DNA of 64,000 nt, taken from contig JBKDUF010000096.1 of assembly GCA_046339595.1 (NCBI GenBank), positions 18,207-82,206 on the forward strand, read 5' to 3'. The notes under the pieces were generated by a model, which saw only the letters and a program-made list of their open reading frames with translations, was not told the origin of the DNA and did not search any database. The position numbers and the translations under genes were made by a program. Source of the DNA: Betaproteobacteria bacterium (GTDB taxonomy: Bacteria; Pseudomonadota; Gammaproteobacteria; Burkholderiales; SG8-41). The first letter of the stretch is position 1. Each line of letters starts with the position of its first letter. Positions 1 through 10,934 of this stretch are shown here, piece after piece.

Positions 1-264
1 TTCGCCGCTCGACACCGCCTGCGCCAGAGTCACCGGCAGCGGCGATTCGCGGCTCTCCGTGCGCGCAGCCCGCAGCTGCACCTCGACCTCGCCGCGCGCA
101 ATCGCAACGATCTGGCCATCCCAGGCGCCACCGCGACCATCGAACACCACCACCGCGTCCCCCTCGGCCAGGCGCAGCACGTGCGCGATGTGATGGGCCT
201 TGGCGGCGGGCAGCCGGCACCGCCCGTGCTCCGGGATCGGATCGGAAAAGTATATTCTGTTCAA
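1..264 (-). CDS. rsmE: 16S rRNA (uracil1498-N3)-methyltransferase RsmE, N-terminal fragment (gene runs off the left edge)
   Basis: Not in the ORF track because it is truncated. Reverse-strand translation from TTG at 264 gives MNRIYFSDPIPEHGRCRLPAAKAHHIAHVLRLAEGDAVVVFDGRGGAWDGQIVAIARGEVEVQL. The H..VLRL..GD..vFDG.G pattern is typical of RsmE N-termini. Start codon uncertain. Confidence 0.55.
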   Translation of the reverse strand, partial: MNRIYFSDPIPEHGRCRLPAAKAHHIAHVLRLAEGDAVVVFDGRGGAWDGQIVAIARGEVEVQLRAARTESRESPLPVTLAQAVSSGE

Positions 265-385
265 TGGTTTAGCACTTCTCTGGGGTGCCAGGATTATGCC
301 ACAGAGGCCGTGCCGGCAGCCGCGGCGGGGAGTACAATGCGCCGCCCGGCACGGGGTCGTGCCGTGCAGCAGGGGAGAAACCGTT

Positions 386-1795
386 TTGCGCATCGTCATT
401 CTCGGCGCCGGCCGCGTCGGCAGCTCGGTCGCCGAAAACCTGGTGTCGGAAGCCAATGACATCACCGTGGTGGACACCGACACCGAGCGCCTGCGCATGC
501 TGCAGGACCGCCTTGACCTGCGCACGGTCACCGGCAACGCCGGCCATCCCGAGGTGCTCGCCCGCGCTGGCGCTCGCGACGCCGACCTGATCCTCGCGGT
601 GACGCAGAGCGACGAAACCAACCTCGTCGCCTGCAAGCTCGCGGCCACCATGTTCAACGTGCCGACCAAGATCGCGCGCATCCGCGCCGCCGATTACCTG
701 TCGCACCCGGAGATTTTCTCCGCTGACCATTTCGCGGTGGATACGGTGATCTGCCCGGAACAGATCCTCACCGACTACATCGTCAAACTGGTCGAATTCC
801 CCGAGTCGCTGCAGGTGCTGGAGTTTGCTGACGGCCGCGTCAGCCTGGTCGGCGTGCGCGCCTTCCACGGCGGGCCGCTGGTCGGTCAGGAGCTGCAGAC
901 CATCCGCCAGCACCTGCCCAACCTCGACACCCGGGTGGCGGCGATTTTCCGGCAGGACAGCCCGATCATTCCCGACGCGACCACGGTGATCGAGGCCGGC
1001 GACGAGGTGTTCTTCGTGGCCGCCACCGAAAACATCCGCGGCGTGATGCGCGAACTGCGGCGCATGGACAAGCCGGTGAAACGCGTGATGATCGGCGGCG
1101 GCGGCAACATCGGACGGCGCCTGGCGCAGGCACTGGAAAACAAATACGAGGTCAAGGTCATCGAATATGACCGCAAGAACGCCGAATCGCTGGCCGCGGA
1201 TCTCGGCAACACCCTGGTGCTGGCGGGCGACGTCACCGACGAAGAACTGCTGAAGGCGGAAAGCATCGGGGAGATGGACATCTACTGCGCACTGACCAAC
1301 GACGACGAGAACAACATCATGTCATCGCTGCTGGCCAAGCGCATGGGCGCGCGGCGGGTGGTCGCGCTGATCAACCGCAGCTCCTACGTCAACCTGGTGC
1401 AAGCCGGCCAGATCGACATCGCGATCTCGCCGGCCCAGACCACCATCGGCAAGCTGCTCGCGCACGTGCGCCAGGGTGACTGCGTGGCGGTGCACAGCCT
1501 GCGCCGCGGCGCGGCCGAGGCGCTGGAGCTGGTTGCGCACGGCGATTCGAAATCGTCAAAAGTGGTGGGGCGGCGCATCGAGGAAATCGAACTGCCCAAG
1601 GGCGCAACCATCGGCGCGGTCGTGCGCAGCCACCGGCGCGGTGATGACGACAGCGAACGCAGTGAATACGAGGTGCTGATCGCGCACCATGACCTGGTGA
1701 TCGAGCCCGAGGACCACGTCATCGTCTTCGTGGTCAACAAGCGCATGATGTCGAAGGTCGAGAGGCTGTTCCAGGTCGGGGTCGGTTTCCTGTGA
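386..1795 (+). CDS. trkA: Trk potassium uptake system NAD-binding subunit TrkA
   Basis: ORF 200..1795. The likely true start is TTG at 386 (MRIVILGAGRVGSS), preceded by AGGGGAGAA. Two Rossmann GxGxxG motifs (ILGAGRVGSS, IGGGGNIGRRLA) match the tandem TrkA-N/TrkA-C architecture. Confidence 0.9.
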   Translation: MRIVILGAGRVGSSVAENLVSEANDITVVDTDTERLRMLQDRLDLRTVTGNAGHPEVLARAGARDADLILAVTQSDETNLVACKLAATMFNVPTKIARIRAADYLSHPEIFSADHFAVDTVICPEQILTDYIVKLVEFPESLQVLEFADGRVSLVGVRAFHGGPLVGQELQTIRQHLPNLDTRVAAIFRQDSPIIPDATTVIEAGDEVFFVAATENIRGVMRELRRMDKPVKRVMIGGGGNIGRRLAQALENKYEVKVIEYDRKNAESLAADLGNTLVLAGDVTDEELLKAESIGEMDIYCALTNDDENNIMSSLLAKRMGARRVVALINRSSYVNLVQAGQIDIAISPAQTTIGKLLAHVRQGDCVAVHSLRRGAAEALELVAHGDSKSSKVVGRRIEEIELPKGATIGAVVRSHRRGDDDSERSEYEVLIAHHDLVIEPEDHVIVFVVNKRMMSKVERLFQVGVGFL

Positions 1796-1833
1796 CCGCC
1801 TGCCGGGCCTCCCTGCCCCGGATCGCCTGAGCC

Positions 1834-3291
1834 ATGACCTGGCTGATCGCGATCGCACCGGTCGCCGCGCTGATCGCGATGGCGATGAGCCTGTCGCATG
1901 CGCTGCCACTGGCCGTTTCGCTGCATCTCGATGACGGCGCGGCGATGCCGTTCGCGATCTCGATGGCGCTCAACTTCCTCACCGGCGCGGCAATCTGGCT
2001 GCTTACCCGTCGCCACAAGCGCGAACTGAGCCTGCGCGAGGGCATCCTGCTGGTGGTATCGGTGTGGACGGGCGGCGCGCTGTTCGCGACCGTGCCGCTG
2101 CTGCTGGCATTGCCCGAACTGTCCTTCACCGACGCCTACTTCGAGGCGGTATCCGGGCTCACCGCCACCGGTGCGACGGTGCTCACCGGCCTCGACCACC
2201 TGCCCCCCTCGCTCAACCTGTGGCGTGCCGAACTGCAGTGGCTGGGCGGCATGGGCGTGATCGTGCTGGTCGTGGCGATCCTGCCGATGCTGGGCGTAGG
2301 CGGCCGGCAGATCTCCAGGGCCGAGATCCCGGGGCCCATCAAGGACGAGCAACTGACCCCGCGCATCACCCAGACCGCCAAAGGCCTGTGGCTGGTCTAC
2401 GCCGGACTTACCGCGGCATGCGCCCTGGCCTACCACTTCGCCGGCATGTCACCGCTCGATGCACTGATCCATGCCTTCACCACGCTTTCACTGGGCGGTT
2501 TCTCTTCGTACGACGCCAGTTTCGCGCACTTCGATTCGCCGCTGCTTGAAGCGATCGCCATCCTGTTCATGATGCTGGCCGGCATCAATTTCGCGACTCA
2601 TTTCCTGGTCTGGCGCACGCTCAATCCCCGGCATTACGCGACGGATACCGAGGCGCGCTATTTCGTGCTGGTGATCGCCGTCAGCGTTGCGGGCATTTCC
2701 GCGCTGCTCCTCGGCGCCGGCATTTACGATGGGGGGTGGAGCGCATTGCGCTATGCCGCGTTCAATATCGTGTCGGTGGGCACCACCACCGGCTATGCCA
2801 CCGCGGACTACAGCCAGTGGCCGGTATTTGCGCCCTTGTGGATCCTGTTCCTCGGCACCTTCCTCAGCTGCTCCGGCTCCACCGGTGGCGGCATCAAGAT
2901 GATGCGGGCAATGATTCTCTACCGGCAGGTCTACCGCGAGATCAAGGGCCTGGCACATCCGCACGCCGTGAATCCGGTGAAAATCGCGGGCCATGTGGTG
3001 GCGGACAACGTGGTGTTCGCGGTGCTCGGCTTCTTTTTCATCTGGGTGGTGCTGCTGGTATCGATGACCCTGCTGCTGGGCTGGACCGGGCTCGATGCGA
3101 TGACCGCGTTCTCGGCTGTGGTCGCCTCGCTGAACAACATCGGGCCCGGTCTGCACCAGGTCGGTCCTGCCACGAATTTCGCGGTGCTGAGCGATTTCCA
3201 GACCTGGATCTGCGCCTTCGCGATGCTGCTCGGCCGCCTTGAGCTGTTCGCGCTGCTGGTGGTGTTCACGCCAACCTTCTGGCGCAAATAA
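1834..3291 (+). CDS. trkH: Trk potassium uptake system membrane subunit TrkH
   Basis: 485-aa polytopic membrane protein directly downstream of trkA, with TrkH-like repeated M1-P-M2 hydrophobic pattern ([23 protein letters not shown]). Confidence 0.9.
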   Translation: MTWLIAIAPVAALIAMAMSLSHALPLAVSLHLDDGAAMPFAISMALNFLTGAAIWLLTRRHKRELSLREGILLVVSVWTGGALFATVPLLLALPELSFTDAYFEAVSGLTATGATVLTGLDHLPPSLNLWRAELQWLGGMGVIVLVVAILPMLGVGGRQISRAEIPGPIKDEQLTPRITQTAKGLWLVYAGLTAACALAYHFAGMSPLDALIHAFTTLSLGGFSSYDASFAHFDSPLLEAIAILFMMLAGINFATHFLVWRTLNPRHYATDTEARYFVLVIAVSVAGISALLLGAGIYDGGWSALRYAAFNIVSVGTTTGYATADYSQWPVFAPLWILFLGTFLSCSGSTGGGIKMMRAMILYRQVYREIKGLAHPHAVNPVKIAGHVVADNVVFAVLGFFFIWVVLLVSMTLLLGWTGLDAMTAFSAVVASLNNIGPGLHQVGPATNFAVLSDFQTWICAFAMLLGRLELFALLVVFTPTFWRK

Positions 3292-3308
3292 GTACCCTCT
3301 GCGCCGCC

Positions 3309-4748
3309 TTATCCTTTGACCGCCTTGAACAGCGCCAGCGCCTGCGTCCGCGCGACGGCGTGGTCCACCACCGGCGCCGGATAGTCGCGGCCGATCACGA
3401 CACCCGCCGCCTGCTGCTCCAGCGGCATCATCAGCCAGGGCGCGTGGATCGCCTTGTTGTCGCAATCCTTCAGCTCCGGCAGGTAGCGGCGGATGAAGTC
3501 CCCCGAGGCATCGAACTTCTGCGACTGCGACACCGGGTTGAAGATGCGGAAATAGGGTTGCGCATCGCAGCCGGTCGATGCCGCCCACTGCCAGCCGCCG
3601 TTGTTGGCGGCGAGGTCGAAGTCATTGAGATGGTCGGCGAAATAGCGTTCGCCGCGGCGCCAGTCGACGAGCAGATCCTTGACCAGGAAGGAGGCGACGA
3701 TCATGCGCAGCCGGTTGTGCATGTAGCCGGTCTGGTTGATCTGGCGCATTGCGGCATCGACGATGGGATAACCGGTGCGCGCCTCGCACCAGGCCCGGAA
3801 CAGCCGGTCCTCTCCGGGCCAGCGGATCGCGTCGTAGGCGGGCTTGAAGGCCCCGGAAACCACATGCGGATGGTGGTGCAGGATCATGAAGTAGAAATCC
3901 CGCCAGACCAGTTCCGACAGCCAGGTCGCGGCCCCCTCGCCGGATTGCCCGCCGGCGCCGGGCCAGGCCGCACGCGCCAGCTCGCGCACCGAGATCGTGC
4001 CGAAGCGCAAATGCACCGACAGGTACGAGGGCCCTTTTTTCGCCGGGAAATCGCGGGCCTCGCGATAGCGCGCCATGCGCGGCGTAAAATCCGCCAGCAG
4101 ACGGCGCGCGGCTGCGCTGCCGCCGGAGATGCCCAGCGCCGCGAGGTTGGTCGGCTGGAAACCGATGTCCGCCAGGGCCAGGGGCCTGGGCGCAGCCGTT
4201 CCCGGCGCCAAGGCCTTGAGGTAGTCCGCCACGGGATAAGCCTTGACATGAAACGGCTCGATTTTTTTCAGCCAGGCATTCTTGTACGGGGTGAACACGG
4301 AGAACGGCGTGCCGGACAGGGTCATCACCTCGTCCTGCTCGAAAATCACCTGGTCCTTGCGGGTGCTGAACTCGATGCGGGCATCGCCCAGCGCGGCGGC
4401 CACCGCGGCATCCCGGGCCACGGCCTGCGGCTCGTAATCACGGTTGGCAAAAACCGCCTGCACGCCGAGCTTCTGCGCCAGGCGCGGAATCTCGTGCTTC
4501 GCCTCGCCATGCAGGGTGAGCAACGCACCGCCCGCGGCACCAAGCGCCGCGGCCAGCTCGTTTACCGACTGCACGATGAATTCGACGCGCCGGTCGGCGC
4601 GGGAGGGCAGCGCATCGAGGATATCGGTGTCGTAAACAAAAACGCAATGGACCCGCCGCGCGGACTTCAACGCGGCGTACAGCGCGGCATTGTCATCACA
4701 GCGCAAATCGCGGCGGAACCACATCAGTACGGCATCGAAACGGCTCAT
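3309..4748 (-). CDS. phrB: Deoxyribodipyrimidine photolyase / cryptochrome family FAD protein
   Basis: N-terminal [14 protein letters not shown]. The C-terminal FAD-binding block is [35 protein letters not shown]...[12 protein letters not shown]. Confidence 0.88.
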   Translation of the reverse strand: MSRFDAVLMWFRRDLRCDDNAALYAALKSARRVHCVFVYDTDILDALPSRADRRVEFIVQSVNELAAALGAAGGALLTLHGEAKHEIPRLAQKLGVQAVFANRDYEPQAVARDAAVAAALGDARIEFSTRKDQVIFEQDEVMTLSGTPFSVFTPYKNAWLKKIEPFHVKAYPVADYLKALAPGTAAPRPLALADIGFQPTNLAALGISGGSAAARRLLADFTPRMARYREARDFPAKKGPSYLSVHLRFGTISVRELARAAWPGAGGQSGEGAATWLSELVWRDFYFMILHHHPHVVSGAFKPAYDAIRWPGEDRLFRAWCEARTGYPIVDAAMRQINQTGYMHNRLRMIVASFLVKDLLVDWRRGERYFADHLNDFDLAANNGGWQWAASTGCDAQPYFRIFNPVSQSQKFDASGDFIRRYLPELKDCDNKAIHAPWLMMPLEQQAAGVVIGRDYPAPVVDHAVARTQALALFKAVKG

Positions 4749-4845
4749 TGCGCAGTCCTGAACTCAAGGCAGCCCTGCAGGTCCAAGGGCATCTTCCAAA
4801 AAAATACGGCGGCACCCACCGCCGGTCATTCAGCGAATCAGTCAA

Positions 4846-4875
4846 TTGTGGCGGCTGCGGCACGGGCCTTACAAT
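4846..4875 (+). promoter_or_regulatory. Candidate sigma70 promoter for yqgE (TTGTGG-18 bp-TACAAT)
   Basis: TACAAT at 4870-4875 lies only 8 nt before the yqgE ATG (4884) and there is no SD. This would imply a leaderless or near-leaderless mRNA. Pattern match only. Confidence 0.3.
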
Positions 4876-4883
4876 CACCAACC

Positions 4884-5441
4884 ATGAGCAGCGTTGACCT
4901 CACCCAGCATTTCCTGATCGCCATGCCGGCCATGGCGGACCCCCACTTCTCGCGCACGCTCACGCTGGTCTGCGAGCACAACGACAACGGTGCACTCGGC
5001 ATTGTCGTCAACCGCCCGACCGATTTTAACCTTCACAGCCTGCTCGAGCAGGTCAAGATCACGCCCGGCGGCGACTTCAAATCGGTGCCGGTGCACTTCG
5101 GCGGCCCGGTGCAGGTGGATCGCGGCTTCGTGCTGCACCGCCCCCGGGGCCAATGGCAATCCACCCTGGGTGTCAGCGAAGAGATCGGGCTTACCACCTC
5201 CAAGGATATTCTGGAAGCGGTTGCCCGCGGCGAGGGGCCGGAACAGATCCTGGTCACGCTGGGCTATGCCGGCTGGGCACCAGGGCAGCTGGAACAGGAA
5301 CTCGCTCAGAACGCCTGGCTAAGTGTGCCGGCGCGCGCCGACATACTGTTCGGCCTGCCGGCAGCGGAACGGCTGCCGGCGGCGATGCAGCAGCTCGGCA
5401 TCGACTACGCCAAGCTCTCGGACGTCGCCGGCCACGCGTGA
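4884..5441 (+). CDS. yqgE: YqgE/AlgH family protein (UPF0301)
   Basis: Internal ATG of ORF 3360..5441. Reads [45 protein letters not shown], a typical YqgE/AlgH N-terminus. The upstream part of the long ORF is antisense to phr. Confidence 0.88.
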   Translation: MSSVDLTQHFLIAMPAMADPHFSRTLTLVCEHNDNGALGIVVNRPTDFNLHSLLEQVKITPGGDFKSVPVHFGGPVQVDRGFVLHRPRGQWQSTLGVSEEIGLTTSKDILEAVARGEGPEQILVTLGYAGWAPGQLEQELAQNAWLSVPARADILFGLPAAERLPAAMQQLGIDYAKLSDVAGHA

Positions 5442-5872
5442 TGCAGCGACCCGAGCGGGGCACGGTACTCGCCTTCGACTTCGGCGAACAGCGCATCGGT
5501 GTCGCCGTCGGCGAGATCGAACTCGCCATTCCCCACGCCCTGCCGGTGATCGCAACGGCCGACAACGCGCGCCGTTTTGACGCCATCGCCGCCCTGATCT
5601 CGGAATGGCGGCCGGTGCTGCTGGTGGTCGGCGTCGCCAGCCATGCCGACGGCGCGCCGCATGAAACCGGCCGCCTCGCGCGCCGCTTCGGGCAGCGCCT
5701 GCACGGCCGCTTCGGTCTCGCGGTGGACCATGTCGACGAGCGGCTGACCTCGCAGGCGGCGGAATCCGCGCTGCGCGAGGCCGGCCTCGACCGTGCCCGC
5801 CGTGCCGCGGCGCTCGACTCCGCAGCGGCCGCCGAAATCCTGCGCACCTGGTTTACCCTGCCCGGGGCCTGA
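5441..5872 (+). CDS. ruvX: Holliday junction resolvase-like / pre-16S rRNA nuclease RuvX (YqgF)
   Basis: ATG overlaps the yqgE stop (ATGA). VLAFDFGEQRIGVAVGE matches the YqgF signature, and yqgE-yqgF synteny is conserved. Confidence 0.88.
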   Translation: MQRPERGTVLAFDFGEQRIGVAVGEIELAIPHALPVIATADNARRFDAIAALISEWRPVLLVVGVASHADGAPHETGRLARRFGQRLHGRFGLAVDHVDERLTSQAAESALREAGLDRARRAAALDSAAAAEILRTWFTLPGA

Positions 5873-5944
5873 AAAACGGCGCGCGAGGCGGTTCAAAGCG
5901 CGGGAGGGTTGTGATAGTCTTGCGGCCGTTTATGCGCCACTCTC

Positions 5945-6448
5945 ATGCCGGGTAACCCGCTCCCTGACGCCGAGTCACTGCTCGCGTCACTGACTGACCG
6001 GATGCGGTCCGCCGTCGGACCCGCCACCGGGCTGGTGGGCATTCATACCGGCGGTGTATGGCTGGCCGAACGCCTGCATGCCGCGCTGGGCCTGAAACTG
6101 CCGCTGGGCACCCTCGACGTTTCCTTCTACCGCGACGACTTCAGCCGCAAGGGCCTGCGCCGCAACGTCAAGAGTTCCGACATTCCCTTCGACGTCGACG
6201 GTTGCGACGTGGTGATCGTTGATGACGTGCTCCACACCGGGCGCACCATCCGCGCCGCATTGAACGAGCTCTTCGATTACGGCCGTCCGGGACGCATACG
6301 CCTCGCGGCGCTGGTCGACCGCGGCGGGCGCGAACTGCCGATCGCGGCCGATTTCACCGGCGCGGAAATCGAAGCCTCTGCGGGCGAAACCATCGAACTG
6401 ACGCGCGATGCCGCAGGCCGGCTTGCGCTGCAACTGACGCGGAACTGA
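5945..6448 (+). CDS. pyrR: Bifunctional pyrimidine operon regulator / uracil phosphoribosyltransferase PyrR
   Basis: PRTase motif [18 protein letters not shown], plus [10 protein letters not shown]. Sits immediately upstream of pyrB. Confidence 0.9.
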   Translation: MPGNPLPDAESLLASLTDRMRSAVGPATGLVGIHTGGVWLAERLHAALGLKLPLGTLDVSFYRDDFSRKGLRRNVKSSDIPFDVDGCDVVIVDDVLHTGRTIRAALNELFDYGRPGRIRLAALVDRGGRELPIAADFTGAEIEASAGETIELTRDAAGRLALQLTRN

Positions 6449-6450
6449 CG

Positions 6451-7410
6451 ATGTGGCTTGATTCCGCCAACCCGCAACTGAACAAAAACGGCGAACTGCA
6501 CCACCTGCTGTCGCTGGAAGGCTTGCCCGCGGGCATCCTGCGCCAGATCCTCGACACCGCGGAATCCTTCGTCGGCGTCACCCAGCGCGAGGTCAAGAAG
6601 GTGCCGCTGCTGCGCGGCAAGGCCGTGTTCAACCTGTTTTTCGAACCCTCGACGCGCACGCGCACCACCTTCGAGATCGCGGCCAAACGGCTGTCGGCCG
6701 ACGTGATCAACCTCGCCATCAACGTGTCCTCGCAGAGCAAGGGCGAGACCGTGCTCGACACCGTGGCCAACCTGTCGGCAATGCAGGCCGACATGTTCAT
6801 CGTGCGCCATGCCGCGAGCGGCGCGCCGTACCTGATCGCTAAACATGTCGCGCCCGACATCCACGTCGTCAACGCCGGCGACGGCCGCCACGCGCACCCG
6901 ACGCAGGGCCTGCTCGACATGTACACCATCCGCCACTACAAGGGCGACTTCACCAAACTGCGCGTGGCCATCGTCGGCGACATCCTGCACTCGCGCGTGG
7001 CGCGCTCGCAGATCCACGCGCTGAGCACGCTGGGCTGTCCGGAAATCCGCGTCATCGGCCCCAAGACGCTGCTGCCGGCTCACGTCAACCGCCTCGGCGT
7101 GCAGGTCCACGGCGACATGCGCCAGGGCCTCAAGGACGTCGACGTGGTGATGATGCTGCGCCTGCAGAACGAGCGCATGAACGGCGCGCTGCTGCCCTCG
7201 GCGCAGGAGTTCTACAAATACTACGGCCTCACCGAGGACAAGCTGGCACTGGCAAAGCCTGATGCCATCGTGCTCCACCCCGGGCCGATGAACCGCGGTG
7301 TGGAAATCGACTCCAGCGTCGCCGACGGCCGCCAGTCGGTGATCCTGCCGCAGGTTACCTTCGGCATCGCGATCCGCATGGCCGTGATGAGCATCCTCGC
7401 CGGGAACTGA
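6451..7410 (+). CDS. pyrB: Aspartate carbamoyltransferase catalytic subunit
   Basis: [12 protein letters not shown] (carbamoyl-phosphate site), HPTQGLLD and LHPGPMNRG motifs. Confidence 0.95.
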   Translation: MWLDSANPQLNKNGELHHLLSLEGLPAGILRQILDTAESFVGVTQREVKKVPLLRGKAVFNLFFEPSTRTRTTFEIAAKRLSADVINLAINVSSQSKGETVLDTVANLSAMQADMFIVRHAASGAPYLIAKHVAPDIHVVNAGDGRHAHPTQGLLDMYTIRHYKGDFTKLRVAIVGDILHSRVARSQIHALSTLGCPEIRVIGPKTLLPAHVNRLGVQVHGDMRQGLKDVDVVMMLRLQNERMNGALLPSAQEFYKYYGLTEDKLALAKPDAIVLHPGPMNRGVEIDSSVADGRQSVILPQVTFGIAIRMAVMSILAGN

Positions 7411-7414
7411 GCCG

Positions 7415-8698
7415 ATGAAGATCCATATCAAATCCGGACGGCTGATCGATCCCAGGCACGGTGTCGATGCCCAGCGCGATGTCTACATCGCCGCCGGAAA
7501 AATCGTTGCCATCGGCGAAGCCCCGGCCGGCTTCAGCGCAAACCGGGTGATCGATGCCGCTGGCCGGGTGGTGTGCCCGGGACTGGTGGACCTCGCGGTG
7601 CGGCTGCGCGAGCCGGGTTACGAGTACCTGGCCACGCTGGAAACCGAAATGAGGGCGGCGATTGCCGGCGGCGTGACCAGCCTGGCCTGCCCGCCGGATA
7701 CCGATCCGCCCCTCGACGAGCCGGGCCTGGTGGAAATGCTCAAGTTCAGCGCCCGCAACCTGAACCAGGCGCACCTGTATCCGGTGGGTGCGCTGACCGC
7801 CGGCCTCAAGGGCAAGAACCTGACCGAAATGGCCGAGTTGCGCGACGCCGGCTGCGTCGCCTTCTCCCAGGCCGAAGCCCCATTTGCCGACACCCAGGTG
7901 CTGATGAACGCGCTGCAATACGCCGCGACCTTCGGCATCCCGGTGTGGTTACGCGCGCAGGATCCGGCGCTCGCCCGCCACGGCGTCGCCCATGAGGGCG
8001 AAGTGGCCACCCGCCTCGGACTGCCAGCGATCCCGGTCATGGCCGAGACCGTGGCACTGTCGACGATCCTGCTGATCGCACGCGAGACCGGCGCGCGCAT
8101 CCACATCGCGCGGATCTCATCCGCCGAGGCAGTGGCCATGGTGCGCGATGCCAAGGCACGCGGTCTGCCGGTGACCTGCGACATCGGCGTCCACCACCTC
8201 CACCTGTCGGAGATGGACATTGGCTACTTCGACCCCAATTGCAACCTGACCCCGCCATTGCGCAGCCAGCGTGACCGCGATGCGCTGCGTGGGGGACTGG
8301 CCGACGGCAGCATCGACGCGCTGTGCTCGGACCACACGCCAGTGGACGAGGACGCCAAGCAGCTGCCTTTCTCCGAGGCCGAACCCGGCGCCACCGGCGT
8401 CGAACTGCTGCTGCCGCTGACGCTGAAATGGGCCGCAGAGGAAAAGCGTCCGCTGGCCGCCGCAATCGAACGCATTACCGTGAAGCCGGCGGCAATCCTC
8501 GGCATCGACGCCGGCCATCTCGGTGTCGGTGCCAGCGCCGATGTCTGCATCTTCGATCCGGGCTGCGACTGGCGCATCGAGCCATCCGCGCTGTTCAGCC
8601 TGGGCAAGAACACGCCCTTCTCGGGCTACGAGATGCGTGGCCGGGTGACCCACACCCTGGTCAGCGGCAATCTCGTCTACGAGAAAAAATCTAATTAA
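7415..8698 (+). CDS. Dihydroorotase-like protein (non-catalytic PyrC'-type ATCase partner)
   Basis: Amidohydrolase/DHOase fold following pyrB. The canonical metal-binding D-x-H-x-H is replaced by GLVDLAVRLREPG (no histidines), as in Pseudomonas-type PyrC'. Confidence 0.85.
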   Translation: MKIHIKSGRLIDPRHGVDAQRDVYIAAGKIVAIGEAPAGFSANRVIDAAGRVVCPGLVDLAVRLREPGYEYLATLETEMRAAIAGGVTSLACPPDTDPPLDEPGLVEMLKFSARNLNQAHLYPVGALTAGLKGKNLTEMAELRDAGCVAFSQAEAPFADTQVLMNALQYAATFGIPVWLRAQDPALARHGVAHEGEVATRLGLPAIPVMAETVALSTILLIARETGARIHIARISSAEAVAMVRDAKARGLPVTCDIGVHHLHLSEMDIGYFDPNCNLTPPLRSQRDRDALRGGLADGSIDALCSDHTPVDEDAKQLPFSEAEPGATGVELLLPLTLKWAAEEKRPLAAAIERITVKPAAILGIDAGHLGVGASADVCIFDPGCDWRIEPSALFSLGKNTPFSGYEMRGRVTHTLVSGNLVYEKKSN

Positions 8699-8710
8699 AT
8701 CAATAATTTA
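8691..8710 (+). repeat. AT-rich motif copy (CTAATTAAATCAATAATTTA), IHF-consensus-like core at 8698-8710
   Basis: Matches the window consensus TCAATYAAAWCAA-N4-TTA with 2 mismatches. AATCAATAATTTA fits WATCAANNNNTTR exactly. Overlaps the last codons and stop of pyrC'. Confidence 0.6.
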
Positions 8711-8840
8711 TAAATATTCCCGGGGCGCCGCACGGCGCTCTGCTGGTAAACTTGCGGCTGTGTTTGCTGTCTGATGCCCGTTGGCTGATCTGCAGCCCGC
8801 CGCACCGCCTGTCCGAATCAACCGCTGATTGAGTACCGTC

Positions 8841-10880
8841 ATGAATCCCCTGCTAGATTGTTCGGGCCTGCCCCGCTTCGCCGATTTCAAACCCGAGCTG
8901 GTCGCGCCCGCCGTTGACCAGCTGCTCGCAGAAAACCGCGCGCTGATTGCGCGCCTCGCCGCCGATCCCGCGGCACCGACCTGGGACAACTTCGCCGGCC
9001 CGCTGGAAGATGCCAACGAGCGCCTGCACCGCGCCTGGGGCCAGGTCGGCCATCTCAATGCGGTGGTGAACAGCCCGGAGCTGCGCGAGGCCTACAACGG
9101 CAATCTGCCGAAAATCTCCCAGTACTACACCGAGCTCGGCCAGCATGAGGGGCTGTACAAAAAATTCAAGGCGCTGCGCACATCCGCTGTGTACGACGGG
9201 CTGGCCGCAGCGCAGAAAAAAATCATCGACAACGAGGTGCGCGATTTCCGCCTCGGCGGCGCCGAACTCGCCGCAGACAAGCGGCCACGCTACACCGAAA
9301 TCCGCGACCGGCTGTCGATGCTCGGCTCGCGCTTCAGCGACAACCTGCTTGACGCGACGAACGCCTGGTCGCACTTCATCCGCGATGAGGCCGGACTCGC
9401 CGGACTGCCCGACGATGCGCGCGAGGCCGCGCGCGAAGCGGCGCAGGCCGACGGCAAAGACGGCTGGAAATTCACGCTGCATGCGCCTTCCTACCTGCCG
9501 GTACTGCAATACGCCGACGATCGCGGCCTGCGCGAGCGCATGTACCGCGCCTATGTCACGCGCGCTTCCGAATTCGGGGACGCCAAACTCGACAACACCC
9601 CGCTGATCACCGAAATTGTCGCGCTGCGCCGCGAAATGGCGCAGCTGCTCGGGTTCGCCAGCTATGCCGAGTATTCGCTCGAGGCCAAGATGGCGGACAC
9701 GCCGCAGCAGGTGATGCAGTTCCTGCGCGACCTCGCCGCGCGCGCAAGGCCCCATGCCGAAAAAGACCTCTCCGAACTGCGCGACTTCGCGCGCAAGGAA
9801 CTGGGCATGACGGCGCTCGAGGCCTGGGACATCGCCTATGTCTCGGAGAAACTGCGTGCCGCGCGTTACGCCTTCTCCGAAAACGAGGTCAAGCAGTATT
9901 TCCCTGAAACCACGGTGCTGCCCGGGATGTTCAAGGTTGTCGAAACGTTGTTCGGCCTCACCATCAGTCCGACCGAGGCGCCGACCTGGCATCCGGACGT
10001 GCGCTTTTTCTCGATCCGCGACAAAGCCGGCGCGCTGGTCGGCCAGTTCTACCTCGACCTCTACGCGCGTTCGACCAAGCGCGGCGGCGCGTGGATGGAT
10101 GATGCGATCACCCGCCGCGCCACCGCCGCCGGCACGCAGACGCCGGTGGCTTATCTCAACTGCAATTTTTCCGCGCCCATCTCGGGAAAGCCCGCGCTGT
10201 TCACCCATGACGAGGTGATCACGCTGTTCCACGAGTTCGGCCACGGACTGCACCACCTGCTCACCCGCGTCGACTACCTCGGCGTGTCCGGCATCAACGG
10301 CGTGGAATGGGATGCGGTGGAACTGCCCAGCCAGTTCATGGAGAACTTCTGCTGGGAGTGGGGTGTGGTGGAACCGATGACCCGCCACGCCGACAGCGGC
10401 CAGCCACTGCCACGCGCACTGTTCGACAAGATGGTGGCGGCGAAGAACTTCCAGAGCGGCCTGCAGACGCTGCGCCAGGTCGAATTCGGCCTGTTCGACC
10501 TGCACCTGCACCACGACTTCGATCCTGCCGGCGGCGGCACTGCGCAGCAGCTGCTCGACCAGGTGCGGCGCGAGGTGGCCGTGCTGCTGCCGCCCCCGTA
10601 CAACCGCTTCCCCAACAATTTCTCGCATATCTTCGCCGGCGGATATGCCGCGGGCTATTACAGCTACAAGTGGGCCGAGGTGCTGTCCGCCGACGCCTAC
10701 AGCCTGTTTGAGGAAAACGGCGTGCTCGATGCCGGCACCGGCCGCCGTTTCTGGGATGAAGTGCTGGGCGTGGGCGGCAGCAGGCCGGCGCTTGAATCCT
10801 TTGTCGCCTTCCGCGGCCGCGAACCGAAGATCGATGCCCTGCTGCGCCACAACGGCATGGTCGAACCGCAGCCGGCCTGA
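8841..10880 (+). CDS. prlC: Oligopeptidase A (M3 family zinc metallopeptidase)
   Basis: HEFGH zinc motif (LFHEFGHGLHH). The N-terminus MNPLLDCSGLPRFADF resembles PrlC. The ORF-track start at 8829 is TTG; the ATG at 8841 is preferred. Confidence 0.92.
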   Translation: MNPLLDCSGLPRFADFKPELVAPAVDQLLAENRALIARLAADPAAPTWDNFAGPLEDANERLHRAWGQVGHLNAVVNSPELREAYNGNLPKISQYYTELGQHEGLYKKFKALRTSAVYDGLAAAQKKIIDNEVRDFRLGGAELAADKRPRYTEIRDRLSMLGSRFSDNLLDATNAWSHFIRDEAGLAGLPDDAREAAREAAQADGKDGWKFTLHAPSYLPVLQYADDRGLRERMYRAYVTRASEFGDAKLDNTPLITEIVALRREMAQLLGFASYAEYSLEAKMADTPQQVMQFLRDLAARARPHAEKDLSELRDFARKELGMTALEAWDIAYVSEKLRAARYAFSENEVKQYFPETTVLPGMFKVVETLFGLTISPTEAPTWHPDVRFFSIRDKAGALVGQFYLDLYARSTKRGGAWMDDAITRRATAAGTQTPVAYLNCNFSAPISGKPALFTHDEVITLFHEFGHGLHHLLTRVDYLGVSGINGVEWDAVELPSQFMENFCWEWGVVEPMTRHADSGQPLPRALFDKMVAAKNFQSGLQTLRQVEFGLFDLHLHHDFDPAGGGTAQQLLDQVRREVAVLLPPPYNRFPNNFSHIFAGGYAAGYYSYKWAEVLSADAYSLFEENGVLDAGTGRRFWDEVLGVGGSRPALESFVAFRGREPKIDALLRHNGMVEPQPA

Positions 10881-10934
10881 GGGCCTGCTCGCGGTATCAT
10901 CGCTGCGCCAGCACCACTACGGCGGAGGCCCGAC

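Noticed and set aside
275-289. CCCAGAGAAG (minus strand) resembling the PyrR RNA-binding loop UCCAGAGAGG.
   Set aside because: It has two mismatches. It lies upstream of rsmE/trkA rather than a pyrimidine gene, and there is no associated anti-terminator/terminator structure.
1384-2436. Long ORFs overlapping or antisense to assigned genes. Examples are 1384-2436(-), 2488-3588(-), the 5' part of 3360-5441(+), 6277-7431(-), 8853-10850(-) and 15473-16987(+). Others are 31368-32417(+), 33793-34800(-), 39004-40281(+), 43581-44624(-), 43960-45219(-), 58561-59931(+), 61886-63664(+) and 62136-63206(-).
   Set aside because: Their translations are Arg/Ala/Gly/Pro/His-rich with no recognisable motifs. 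Each fully overlaps a gene with a clear family signature. Such shadow ORFs are expected in DNA with about two-thirds G+C because stop codons are rare.
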